Positions 28,623 to 38,300 of a DNA stretch of 64,000 nucleotides are shown here, piece after piece. This DNA is from an uncultured Bacteroidales bacterium (lineage in GTDB: Bacteria > Bacteroidota > Bacteroidia > Bacteroidales > JAAYUG01): assembly GCA_964548125.1 (NCBI GenBank), contig CAZJQN010000001.1:34303-98302 (forward strand). Reading direction: 5' to 3'. A model generated the notes under the pieces. It had not been told where the DNA came from, did no database searches, and saw nothing but the letters and a program-made list of their open reading frames with translations. The number at the start of each line of letters is the position of its first letter. Within the stretch, counting starts at the first letter, position 1. A program made the translations under genes and the position numbers.

Positions 28623-29414
28623 CTATCCAAATAATACGTTTAATTGGTTGGTCAGATCTTTTGGATCAACATTTTCTTTTAGTTCTCCGTTCAGTGCATA
28701 AGAAATGCTACCGGTTTCTTCTGAAACAACAATAACGAAAGCATCCGTTTGTTCCGAAAGTCCTAGTGCGGCACGGTGGCGAAGGCCCAGATGCACCGGC
28801 ACATCAGGATTTTCAGTTAGAGGGAAAATACATCCGGCCGAAAATATCTTATCTCCTGTAATTATTAGTCCGCCATCATGCAGAGGATTGTTCTTAAAGA
28901 ATATACTCTCAATTAACCTTTCAGTAGTGTTGGCATTGATGATCTCTCCTGTTTCTGCATAGGTTTGAAGAGATGAATTCCGCGCGATGGCAATCAAAGC
29001 GCCTGTGCGGGTTTCTGATAGGGTTATGCAGGCACTTACTATTGCTTTAACCTGAACTTTATGCGCTGCTTCAATGTTCCATGAAAAGAGATTTTCCAGG
29101 CTAAAGCGCCGGGTCATATATCGTGTGCCAATCATAAGGAGAAATCTTCTTATTTCCTGCTGAAACACTATGATAAGCGCTATTACACCAACTCCCATCA
29201 CTTGCCCGAGAAGGGTGCTCATGAGTTGCATATTCAAAGCCTTGACGACCAGCCAGAAAAGATAAAGCACAAAAATGGCCACGAAAATATTAATAGCTAC
29301 TGTACCTTTCATTAGATGGTACAACTGGTACATCAGAAAAGCAACGAGCAGGATGTCGATAATATCGAGAACTCGAATTGTCAAAAAAAACGGTAAAATA
29401 AAATTCTCAATCAT
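28623..29414 (-). CDS. cdaA: Diadenylate cyclase CdaA (membrane-anchored DAC domain)
   Basis: 263 aa. Three N-terminal TM helices are followed by GALIAI, LHDGGLII and the RHRAALGLSEQTDAFVIVVSEETGSIS DAC motifs. Confidence 0.92.
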   Translation of the reverse strand: MIENFILPFFLTIRVLDIIDILLVAFLMYQLYHLMKGTVAINIFVAIFVLYLFWLVVKALNMQLMSTLLGQVMGVGVIALIIVFQQEIRRFLLMIGTRYMTRRFSLENLFSWNIEAAHKVQVKAIVSACITLSETRTGALIAIARNSSLQTYAETGEIINANTTERLIESIFFKNNPLHDGGLIITGDKIFSAGCIFPLTENPDVPVHLGLRHRAALGLSEQTDAFVIVVSEETGSISYALNGELKENVDPKDLTNQLNVLFG

Positions 29415-29431
29415 CTGGAATATAAAATGAA

Positions 29432-30322
29432 TTATTTCTTTTTCTGATCTGTATTGGCTTTTTCAAGGAAATTCATAAGGCGTATAGCTTCGCAGGCTGG
29501 TTTAACATCATGTACCCTTAATACCGACGCACCTCTGAGAAGGGCGTAGGTGTGTAGTACAGTAGTCCCGTTTAGCGCTTCCTCTGGTGTGCATTCAAGA
29601 ACTCTATGGATCATACTTTTGCGGGAAATTCCAACTACCACGGGAAACCCAAACATCCTGAATGCATCAAGATTTTCCAGCAAAATGTAATTATGCTCAA
29701 GGGTTTTACCGAAACCAAATCCCGGATCAATAAAAATATCATGAACATGGTACTCTCTGACAAGTTCTTCCGTCTTTTGTGCAAAAAAGGACAAAATATC
29801 CTGCACTACATCCTTATAAACAGGATTCTTCTGCATGGTTTGCGGAGTACCCTGCATATGCATCAAAAGATAGGGTACCTTGCATTCGGCAATTGTTTGA
29901 AACATGTCTGGGTCCATATTTCCAGCCGAAATATCATTGACCATGTCTGCCCCGTATTCATGAACCGCTTCCTTTGCAACGGATGCCCTCCACGTGTCAA
30001 TTGAAAGTATTGCATCAGGGAAATTTTTCCTTAAAACCTGAAGGGCAGGAAATAATCTTTTTCGCTCTGTGTCTTCATCTGGTTGTTCGGCACCAGGCCT
30101 TGTAGAACAGGCACCGATGTCCAGAATGTGCGCGCCTTCTGTCAGCATATTTCCGGCTCGCCTGACAAGTTCATCGTGATTGCTTACCCGACTGCCCTCA
30201 TAAAAGGAATCAGGGGTCAGATTAATGATTCCCATAATCAGCGGAAAATCAAAATGTATAAGATTTCCTCTGAAATTAAAGGTCTTTTTTACCGGAAAAA
30301 ATGTATTTTTATGCGTCATCAT
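29432..30322 (-). CDS. folP: Dihydropteroate synthase
   Basis: 296 aa. IMGIINLTPDSF, DIGACSTRPG, NDISAG and DPGFGFGK are present. Confidence 0.92.
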   Translation of the reverse strand: MMTHKNTFFPVKKTFNFRGNLIHFDFPLIMGIINLTPDSFYEGSRVSNHDELVRRAGNMLTEGAHILDIGACSTRPGAEQPDEDTERKRLFPALQVLRKNFPDAILSIDTWRASVAKEAVHEYGADMVNDISAGNMDPDMFQTIAECKVPYLLMHMQGTPQTMQKNPVYKDVVQDILSFFAQKTEELVREYHVHDIFIDPGFGFGKTLEHNYILLENLDAFRMFGFPVVVGISRKSMIHRVLECTPEEALNGTTVLHTYALLRGASVLRVHDVKPACEAIRLMNFLEKANTDQKKK

Positions 30323-30358
30323 ACGTTTTCAACCTCAAAAATACAATTTATTCAGGGA

Positions 30359-31075
30359 ATGAATACAGGATCAGAAAGGAAAGGGAAGTTCCTGGTTATT
30401 GAGGGCCTTGATGGTTCAGGAAAATCAACACAGGTACAATTACTCAGGGACTATTTTGAGGCAGAAAATATTGCGTACAGGTTTCTTCACTTCCCTCGCA
30501 CCGAAAGTCCTTATTTTGGAGAACTCATAGCAATGTTTCTGAGAGGAGATCTTGGATCACTTCACGAGGTGCATCCCAAGCTGGTTGCTATGTTATATGC
30601 CGGTGATCGTCACAACGCCTCCGAACAGATCAATGAATGGCTCGGTAACGGATATCTGGTTCTGGCTGACCGTTACATGCATTCCAACATAGCATACCAG
30701 TGCGCAAAGATCGATTCGTATGACGAACAGCAACACCTTGGTGAATGGATTAGAAAATTGGAATACGAATACTGGAAGATCCCCGTGCCTGATCAGGTTG
30801 TATATCTGGATGTGCCTTTCTATTTTATTGAGAAAAATCTTGCCAGAACACGTAATGGAAAAGACAGGGATTATCTTCAGGGGGGAGAAGACATACATGA
30901 AGCCGACCTGATGTTTCAGCGCAGGGTAGGAGAAGTTTACCTTCAGCAAGCTCACCTCGATCCTGCTTTCGTTGTTCTAAACTGTTCCGACGCAGATGGT
31001 GGAATGAAACTTCCGGAAGAGATATTTTCTGATCTGTTGCAATTACTTGTTAAGCAAAATATTTTAACAAAATAA
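30359..31075 (+). CDS. tmk: Thymidylate kinase (dTMP kinase)
   Basis: The track ORF 30083-31075 runs antisense through folP for its first 92 codons. The internal ATG 30359 gives MNTGSERKGKFLVIEGLDGSGKSTQ (P-loop) and a typical ~238-aa kinase. Confidence 0.85.
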   Translation: MNTGSERKGKFLVIEGLDGSGKSTQVQLLRDYFEAENIAYRFLHFPRTESPYFGELIAMFLRGDLGSLHEVHPKLVAMLYAGDRHNASEQINEWLGNGYLVLADRYMHSNIAYQCAKIDSYDEQQHLGEWIRKLEYEYWKIPVPDQVVYLDVPFYFIEKNLARTRNGKDRDYLQGGEDIHEADLMFQRRVGEVYLQQAHLDPAFVVLNCSDADGGMKLPEEIFSDLLQLLVKQNILTK

Positions 31076-31082
31076 TTATCAT

Positions 31083-32321
31083 ATGCGGGCGTTTCGATTC
31101 ATTTGCCGTATTCTGCTGGGCCTTGTGTTTATTTTTTCCGGATTTGTGAAAGGTATTGATCCCATGGGCTCAGCGATCAAATTCAATGAATATTTCTCTG
31201 CATTCCATCTGGGCTTTTTAAGTAACTTTTCCCTTGTTTTTTCGATTTTACTGGCATCAACCGAATTTATTATTGGCATTGCCCTTTTGCTGGGATTGAG
31301 AATGAAAATTGCTTCCTGGGCAGTGTTTCTTTTTATGTCATTTTTTACCATTCTCACCCTGATTCTTGCTCTTACCAACCCTGTATCCGATTGCGGATGT
31401 TTTGGCGATGCCATTAAACTTACAAACTGGCAAACATTTCTCAAGAATTTAATTTTGATGGTTCCTGTAATGGTTGTTTTCCTGGCGAGAAAAAAATTCC
31501 CTGTGCGATATAAGCCTGTCGGAGAATGGATTACGCTTGGAATTCTTTTTGCAGGAATATTGCTGGTTATCCGGTACTGTTACTTTTATCTTCCTATTAT
31601 TGATTTTCTCCCATACCGGACAGGAACCAACATTCCCAAGGCCATGGAAATTCCTGAAGGAGCCCCTCAGGATGAATATAACACCATACTGTATTATGAA
31701 AAAGATGGCGTAATAAAGGAATTTACATTGGATAATTACCCATGGCAGGATTCAAGCTGGAAATGGGTTGATACAAAAACCATCCTCGTAAAGAAAGGAT
31801 ATGAACCGCCCATTCATGATTTCCGATTCACCGATAAGGATGGAAATGATATAACTGATATGGTGCTTTATAGTTCAAATTATGTATTCCTGCTTATATC
31901 ACCCAATTTGCAAAAGGCAAATGCTGACGGAATTATGCAGGCAAAAGCCCTGGCTGATTTATGCAATGGTGGCAATTGTTCATTTTTTGCGTTGTCAGCT
32001 TCCCCTATATCAGAAATAAAAAATTTTACCGAAAAGCATGGACCTGGTTTCCCATTTTATCATGCTGATGAAACAACCCTTCAAACCATGATACGAAGTA
32101 ATCCAGGCCTCATGTTGATTAAGGATGGAACGATAATTGCAAAATGGAGCTACCGGGAATTCCCGGAAGCTGAACGGCTCAAAAATGATATTCTTGGGTA
32201 CGCAGTTACGTATTACAGGGAAAAACGTGAATCTCTTACCAAAACCATATTAATTCTCACCTTGCTTCTTACTCTTGCCATCATTAAAATCCTTCAGCTG
32301 TACTTTGACCGGCGTGATTAA
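31083..32321 (+). CDS. DoxX-like membrane protein with C-terminal soluble (thioredoxin-fold-like) domain
   Basis: 412 aa. The N-terminal ILLGLVFIFSGFVKGIDPMG DoxX-like helices and a CGCFG motif are followed by a ~200-aa non-membrane domain and a terminal TM helix. Confidence 0.6.
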   Translation: MRAFRFICRILLGLVFIFSGFVKGIDPMGSAIKFNEYFSAFHLGFLSNFSLVFSILLASTEFIIGIALLLGLRMKIASWAVFLFMSFFTILTLILALTNPVSDCGCFGDAIKLTNWQTFLKNLILMVPVMVVFLARKKFPVRYKPVGEWITLGILFAGILLVIRYCYFYLPIIDFLPYRTGTNIPKAMEIPEGAPQDEYNTILYYEKDGVIKEFTLDNYPWQDSSWKWVDTKTILVKKGYEPPIHDFRFTDKDGNDITDMVLYSSNYVFLLISPNLQKANADGIMQAKALADLCNGGNCSFFALSASPISEIKNFTEKHGPGFPFYHADETTLQTMIRSNPGLMLIKDGTIIAKWSYREFPEAERLKNDILGYAVTYYREKRESLTKTILILTLLLTLAIIKILQLYFDRRD

Positions 32322-32396
32322 TGATACAGTCAATGGTGATAGGTAGGTTAGTTTTTTTAATCATTGGCTGTTCACTACCGTAAAGCATACATAAGG

Positions 32397-33485
32397 ATGT
32401 TTCGTTTTATAATTCATCGTTTGTTGCAGGCCATTCCTGTTCTCTGGGGAGTAATAACCCTGATTTTTATTCTTTTTCAGATCATTCCGGGCGATCCTGC
32501 ACGCATGGTTTTGGGACAAAGAGCCGACAGTGCTTCGCTTGAAATGATACGGGCCGATCTGGGAACCAATCTGCCGATCGGAGTCAGATACCTGAAGTAC
32601 ATAAATGACCTGTCACCTATATCATATCATAATTCATTATCGCCGGAATCTCCCTGGTATCTCGATTCATCGCTTTACGCGCCTTTTGTCCGGCTGGTAA
32701 TTTTCCCTGGTAATGGTGTGCTGGTTTTAAAATACCCATATCTTCGGAGGTCTTACCAGTCGCGGAATGATGTCAGTTTTATGATCAGAAAAACCCTGCC
32801 TAATACTATCGCCCTTGCAACAGTTGCAATACTGTTTGCCACCTTTCTGGGTATTTTGCTGGGATTGTTGGCTTCATTGGCGAAGAATACCCTGGTCGAC
32901 CGATTTATTCTTTTTTTTACTGCTCTTGGCATTTCCCTCCCTTCTTTTTTTGCTGCCATTCTCATCGGCTGGTTATTTGCTTTTGTACTGGGTGATATTA
33001 CGGGATTGAACCTGACTGGAAACCTTTACGAAATCAGTGATACGGGTGAAGGAGTGAAACTGGTACTGAAAAACATCATTCTACCGGCACTTACGTTGGG
33101 TATCAGGCCCTTATCAGTTATTGTTCAGATGATGAGGGGAGCTATGTCGGAAGTGATGTCTGAAGATTATATACGCACGGCCCGTGCAAAAGGAATGTCA
33201 CAGTCGCGCATCATTATGGTGCATGCTTTCCGCAATGCATTGAATCCTGTTATTACATCGGTTTCCGGATGGTTTGCATCGATGCTGGCAGGGGTCGTTT
33301 TTGTAGAATATATTTTTGGCTGGAAAGGGTTGGGAAATCTTCTGGTTGAAGCCCTTAATAATTATGATCTTCCGGTTGTTATGGGCGTTGTGTTAACCAT
33401 TGCTTCCCTTTTTGTTTTGATCAATATTCTCACCGACCTGGCGTATATGTGGGCCGATCCGCGTATCAGGCTGAAGCAAAGCTAA
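32397..33485 (+). CDS. ABC transporter permease (DppB/OppB-type, BPD_transp_1)
   Basis: The N-terminus is MFRFIIHRLLQAIPVLWGVITLIFILFQIIPGDP and the EAA-like loop is EDYIRTARAKGMS. No partner ATPase or substrate-binding-protein gene is adjacent. Confidence 0.85.
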   Translation: MFRFIIHRLLQAIPVLWGVITLIFILFQIIPGDPARMVLGQRADSASLEMIRADLGTNLPIGVRYLKYINDLSPISYHNSLSPESPWYLDSSLYAPFVRLVIFPGNGVLVLKYPYLRRSYQSRNDVSFMIRKTLPNTIALATVAILFATFLGILLGLLASLAKNTLVDRFILFFTALGISLPSFFAAILIGWLFAFVLGDITGLNLTGNLYEISDTGEGVKLVLKNIILPALTLGIRPLSVIVQMMRGAMSEVMSEDYIRTARAKGMSQSRIIMVHAFRNALNPVITSVSGWFASMLAGVVFVEYIFGWKGLGNLLVEALNNYDLPVVMGVVLTIASLFVLINILTDLAYMWADPRIRLKQS

Positions 33486-33610
33486 TATGGCTGTGTAGTC
33501 AACTTTCTTTGGGTTAAAAGGTTTTTATCATAAATTTGAACATTTTCGGTACAGAATGATTTCTGCCTCCGGAATAGTTATTTTTTGTTTTACTGATAAA
33601 ACATTTTGAT

Positions 33611-34360
33611 ATGAGAAAAAAGATTGTTGCAGGAAACTGGAAAATGAACAAAACCTTACAGGAAGGAATTGCCCTTGCACAGGAAGTTGAAAAAATGGCC
33701 TCCGGTGTACCCGGTGACGTGGAACTCATCATCGCCCCTCCTTTTATTCATCTAACTGAAGTCAAAAAACTGCTCAACAGGGTGAAGCTGGGTGCTCAGA
33801 ACTGTGCATCTGAGGCTTCCGGAGCATTTACCGGAGAAGTCTCTGCCTCCATGTTGGCATCAACAGGAGTTCAGTTTGTCATTATCGGACATTCCGAAAG
33901 AAGAAGCTATTACGGTGAAACCAACAGTATAATTAATAAAAAAGTTAGGCTGGCATTGCAGAATAATTTGAATCCCATCTTCTGCTGTGGTGAAGTGCTG
34001 AGTGAACGTGAAAAAGGAAAGCATCTTGATGTGGTAAAGGAACAACTTGAAGAAGGCCTATTCAGTCTTTCCCCCGATGAATTCAGCAAAGTTATTATTG
34101 CCTATGAACCGGTATGGGCTATCGGAACAGGAGTAAATGCAACCCCTGCTCAGGCACAGGAAATGCATCAGTATATCCGATCCCTGATAGCAAGCAAATA
34201 TGATGAAACCATAGCAAGCAACACATCCATACTCTACGGAGGAAGTTGCAAACCATCCAATGCAGGAGAATTGTTTGCCAATCCCGACGTTGATGGCGGG
34301 TTGATCGGTGGCGCTTCTCTCAAGGCTGAGGATTTTATTGGTATTGCAAAAGCCTATTAA
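33611..34360 (+). CDS. tpiA: Triosephosphate isomerase
   Basis: [21 protein letters not shown] and [11 protein letters not shown] are present. Confidence 0.95.
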   Translation: MRKKIVAGNWKMNKTLQEGIALAQEVEKMASGVPGDVELIIAPPFIHLTEVKKLLNRVKLGAQNCASEASGAFTGEVSASMLASTGVQFVIIGHSERRSYYGETNSIINKKVRLALQNNLNPIFCCGEVLSEREKGKHLDVVKEQLEEGLFSLSPDEFSKVIIAYEPVWAIGTGVNATPAQAQEMHQYIRSLIASKYDETIASNTSILYGGSCKPSNAGELFANPDVDGGLIGGASLKAEDFIGIAKAY

Positions 34361-34373
34361 AAGAACAGTAAAA

Positions 34374-34406
34374 GGAGGCAGGGTTTTTCCCCGTCTCCTT
34401 TTTTTT
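34374..34406 (+). terminator. Intrinsic terminator after tpiA
   Basis: GGAGGCAGGG (34374-34383), loop TTTTT and CCCCGTCTCC (34389-34398) form a stem of 9/10 pairs including one G-U, followed by eight T. Confidence 0.75.
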
Positions 34407-34469
34407 GGGGTTATTTTGAAAGAATATGATGGGTAATAAAAATTAGCTCTGAAAAAAGCAAATTAACTA

Positions 34470-35309
34470 ATGTATATCAAGGCAGGCATACAGTTCAGCT
34501 CTGACGACATTTCTTTGCCTGACAGGATTATTGCTGTCCTTTTATTAACCGGTTGCGAAGGTATTGAAGAATCACCCTATCAGATTGATGCCTGGTTTCG
34601 TGCTGAAGTCTTCTCAGAAAAAAATTTGCGCAAAGCTCTAAATCATTTTTTTTATGAAGACAGATTTTTCAAACTCGAGATTGAATATGTACCTGAAGTA
34701 AACTGGAATGCAGAATGGGAGAAAAACTTTTCTCCAGTTATTGTCAATCAGGATTGCCGAATTCGGGCACCTTTTCATCATTTTCCGGATGCCTGTACTT
34801 ACGACATCGTCATTGAACCGAAGATGTCATTTGGTACCGGTCATCATGCAACTACCTTTCTCATGGTGGAAAAATTGCTAAAAACAGACGTTACCGGAAA
34901 GAAGATTTTAGACGCGGGTACAGGAACCGGTGTGCTTGCAATACTTGCTTCTATGCGTGGAGCTTCCATGGTGGTTGCGTGCGATATAGATAAGTATGCC
35001 ATCGATAATGCTGCAGAAAATTTCCGTCGCAATAAAATCTCCAATGTATTGCTCATTCATGGTTCTGTAGAGGAAGTTACTGAAACCGGATTTGATGGTA
35101 TTCTAGCCAATATTAATAAAAATGTATTGCTAAGCGAAATGCCTCTATATGCTCATCATATGAAAGAAGGCGGTTTCCTTTTGTGCAGCGGTTTTTTCAG
35201 CGAAGATGCTGATGAAATTAGTAAAAGGGCTGAAAAAGATTTCCTTGAAGTAAACCACATGTTTGTTAGGGATGGATGGGCAGCATTGCAATTCAGAAAA
35301 AAATCCTAA
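34470..35309 (+). CDS. prmA: Ribosomal protein L11 methyltransferase
   Basis: 279 aa. FGTGHHATT and the LDAGTGTGVLAI SAM-binding motif are present. Confidence 0.88.
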   Translation: MYIKAGIQFSSDDISLPDRIIAVLLLTGCEGIEESPYQIDAWFRAEVFSEKNLRKALNHFFYEDRFFKLEIEYVPEVNWNAEWEKNFSPVIVNQDCRIRAPFHHFPDACTYDIVIEPKMSFGTGHHATTFLMVEKLLKTDVTGKKILDAGTGTGVLAILASMRGASMVVACDIDKYAIDNAAENFRRNKISNVLLIHGSVEEVTETGFDGILANINKNVLLSEMPLYAHHMKEGGFLLCSGFFSEDADEISKRAEKDFLEVNHMFVRDGWAALQFRKKS

Positions 35310-35320
35310 ATCTGATATCT

Positions 35321-38300
35321 ATGCAGAAGTCCCGGATGTTGCTGGTTTTTTCAGGACTATTGCTGTCGGCCATGGTCCTGGGGCAGAAGCTTAAGGAATT
35401 TAGTCCGGCGCCTGAAAAATTTCCTGACGAACTGCAGGCATATTTTAAGGGTTCTTTATCGGATGACCAGAAAAACTTTGTTGACCAGTTTTTAACCATC
35501 TGGACTACAGATACTCTTTTTGAAGAAAATCAGAAACTGACTGTGATTGGGCATTTGAACGGAATGCTAAGGCAAAATGCCAGGAATAGTCATCTGATAA
35601 AATATCTTCAGATGATTCAGATGTTCCGTACTGATCGATCGAGGCAGGTTTATTTTGAAGGATGGAAATCTCAGCTAGAATTATTATTGGCCGAGAAAAA
35701 ACTTCTTGCCTCACGGCTTACGTATTTCCTGGAAAATACTGATGGATTGATAAAGAGAGGGGAGTTGTTCTCTTCAACGGCACTGGTATGGCGAGCAGAT
35801 TCCACCTTCCTTGATTTTGTCCCCGGTTCTTTTCACGTCAAGCTGGGTACCACCCGGCTGGTATGCCTTTCGGTGCGCGACAGTATTGTCATAGAAAATA
35901 CCCACGGTATTTATAACCCGGTTGAACAGAAATGGTATGGAGACGGGGGATTAGTTACCTGGGAAAGGGCAGGGTATGCCCGCGATTCGGTTTATGCCGA
36001 GCTGGAAACCTACACACTGGATCTGACAAAATCGGGATACAAAACTGATTCGGCAAAACTTATCCACAAACAGTTTTTTCATTCTCCCCTCTCAGGTGTT
36101 CTGACCGATCAGGTGAAAAAGAACACCTCACCTGAAATGGCAACCTATCCAGTTTTCGACTCCTATGAAAAAACGTTTGTTATCAGGAGTATTTTCCCCG
36201 GTTTTGACTTTTCCGGAGGTCTTTCCATGCGCGGAGCTCGATTGGTTGGCTCCGGCAACAATGTTCAGGAAGCTACTCTGAAAGTTTTCCGTAATGATAC
36301 CTTGTTTATGGTAGTGCGGTCAAACTACATTGCATTTCGTAAAGAACAAATTATTAGCAGAAATGCTGCTGTTCTTGTAATTATCAACCGCGATTCCCTT
36401 TATCATGGAAATATGAATTTCAGTTATCTGAATTCAACCCGAGAGATTTCTGTTACCCGTTCTGATGATATCGGAAGTCAAAGTCCATGGTATAACAGCT
36501 ATCATCAACTCGACATGCTTTTTGACCAGATGTACTTCAAACTGGGTTCAAAAGAAATTCTGTTCACAATGAACCGGGGAGCTTCCATAGGTAATGCCTC
36601 CTTTCAGAGTGTCAATTTTTTTAATGGGCGCCAGTACGAAGATTTACAGGGAGTCGATCCTATTCACCCCCTGGTGGCTGTGCGGAATTTTGTGCGGTAT
36701 TTTCAGTCACCTGAATTCCCGATAAATGATCTTGCTTCGTACCTGCGTCTTTCTACTGATCAGACCCAGAAGATGCTGTTTCGCCTTGCATCAATGGGGT
36801 TCCTTTTTTATAATCCTGAGGATGGAATGGTGAAGGTAAAACCTAAACTGAACAACTTCATCCAGGCCAGCATTGGAAGAATTGACTATGATGTAATTGA
36901 TCTTCGCTCTCGCACAGAAGCTCCAATGGAAAATGCCCGGCTTAATCTTCAGACTTTTGACCTAACGATCAACGGCATCCCTTCAATAGCTTTGTCCGAT
37001 TCTCAGAATGTTTTCATTTTACCCAGTCAGGGTTCAATCATAATGAAGAAGAACAGAAGCTTTCAGTTCAGCGGACGCATTGATGCAGGATTGTTTACCT
37101 TTTACGGAAGCAATTTCTTTTTCGATTACGAGCAGTTCAAAATCAATCTTCAGAAAGTTGATTCCCTGAGTATACGTGTGCAGACTGACGAACAGGATAA
37201 TTTCGGTTTTGCCAAACTGGCCGGTGTTAAAAATATTATTCAAAACCTTACAGGGGATCTCCTGATTGATGATCCTTCCAATAAATCGGGAGTGAAAGGA
37301 CTGAAACAATATCCAGTTTTTCAAAGCCGGGAGAATTCATATGTTTATTTTGACAATCCAAATATTCAGAAAGGTGTTTATACTCGAGAAAAGTTCTATT
37401 TTCAGGTATATCCTTTCGTTATTGATAGCCTCGACCGTTTCAGCAAAAACGATATGCAATTCAGGGGAAAATTTGTATCGGCGGGTATTTTCCCTGAAAT
37501 GGAACAGACACTGGTACTTCAGCCTGATTATTCTCTGGGATTCGATATCATTGCCCCGGCAGAAGGATTACCTATTTACTTAGGGAAAGGACGTTTTTAC
37601 CGTCAGGCAAATCTGAGTAACAAAGGGCTAATCGGAAACGGTTCATTTGAGTATCTCACGTCAACAGTTGAATCGGAAGCACTGTTTTTTTACCCCGATT
37701 CCCTGAATACAAAGGCAAAGAAATTCGCTATCAGAAAACAACCTGAAGGCGGATCCTTCCCGGAAACCATGGGCACCGATCTTGCTGTTCACTGGGAACC
37801 TTATCATGACCAGTTGTCTGTTTATCAGGGAAAGACTCCTTTTACAATGTATAACCAGCAGGCCACTCTGGCTGGGAACCTGAAACTTACACCATCAGGT
37901 CTTTCAGGAAACGGGACAGTTGATCTGACTTCTGCTGTGCTCGCTTCGAATCAGTACAACTTCAAATCAGACCGTTTCCTGGCCGATACGGCTGCCTTCA
38001 GTCTGCGGTCAGTCAAACCATCTGTATATACTTTGCTGGCCCAGAACCTGCGGACCGAAATTGACTTTGCCAAACGGCAGGGTACTTTCAGCTCAAATTC
38101 GGATAATACCCTTGCTTCCTTCCCGGAGAATCAGTATATAAGCTATATTGACCAGATGGTATGGCACATGGATCAGCAGAAAATTGATCTTCTGTCGGTC
38201 AAACCATTTGACATTAAGCAGGTGCCTGAAACTTATAAGGATGTTATTGATTCGGTTGATTTTACCCTTACGGGTGCCAGGTACATTTCTGTAAGGAAAG

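Noticed and set aside
30083-30358. N-terminal 92 codons of the 330-aa track ORF (tmk frame)
   Set aside because: This part runs antisense through the 5' end of folP and has no kinase similarity. The P-loop-containing protein starts naturally at ATG 30359.
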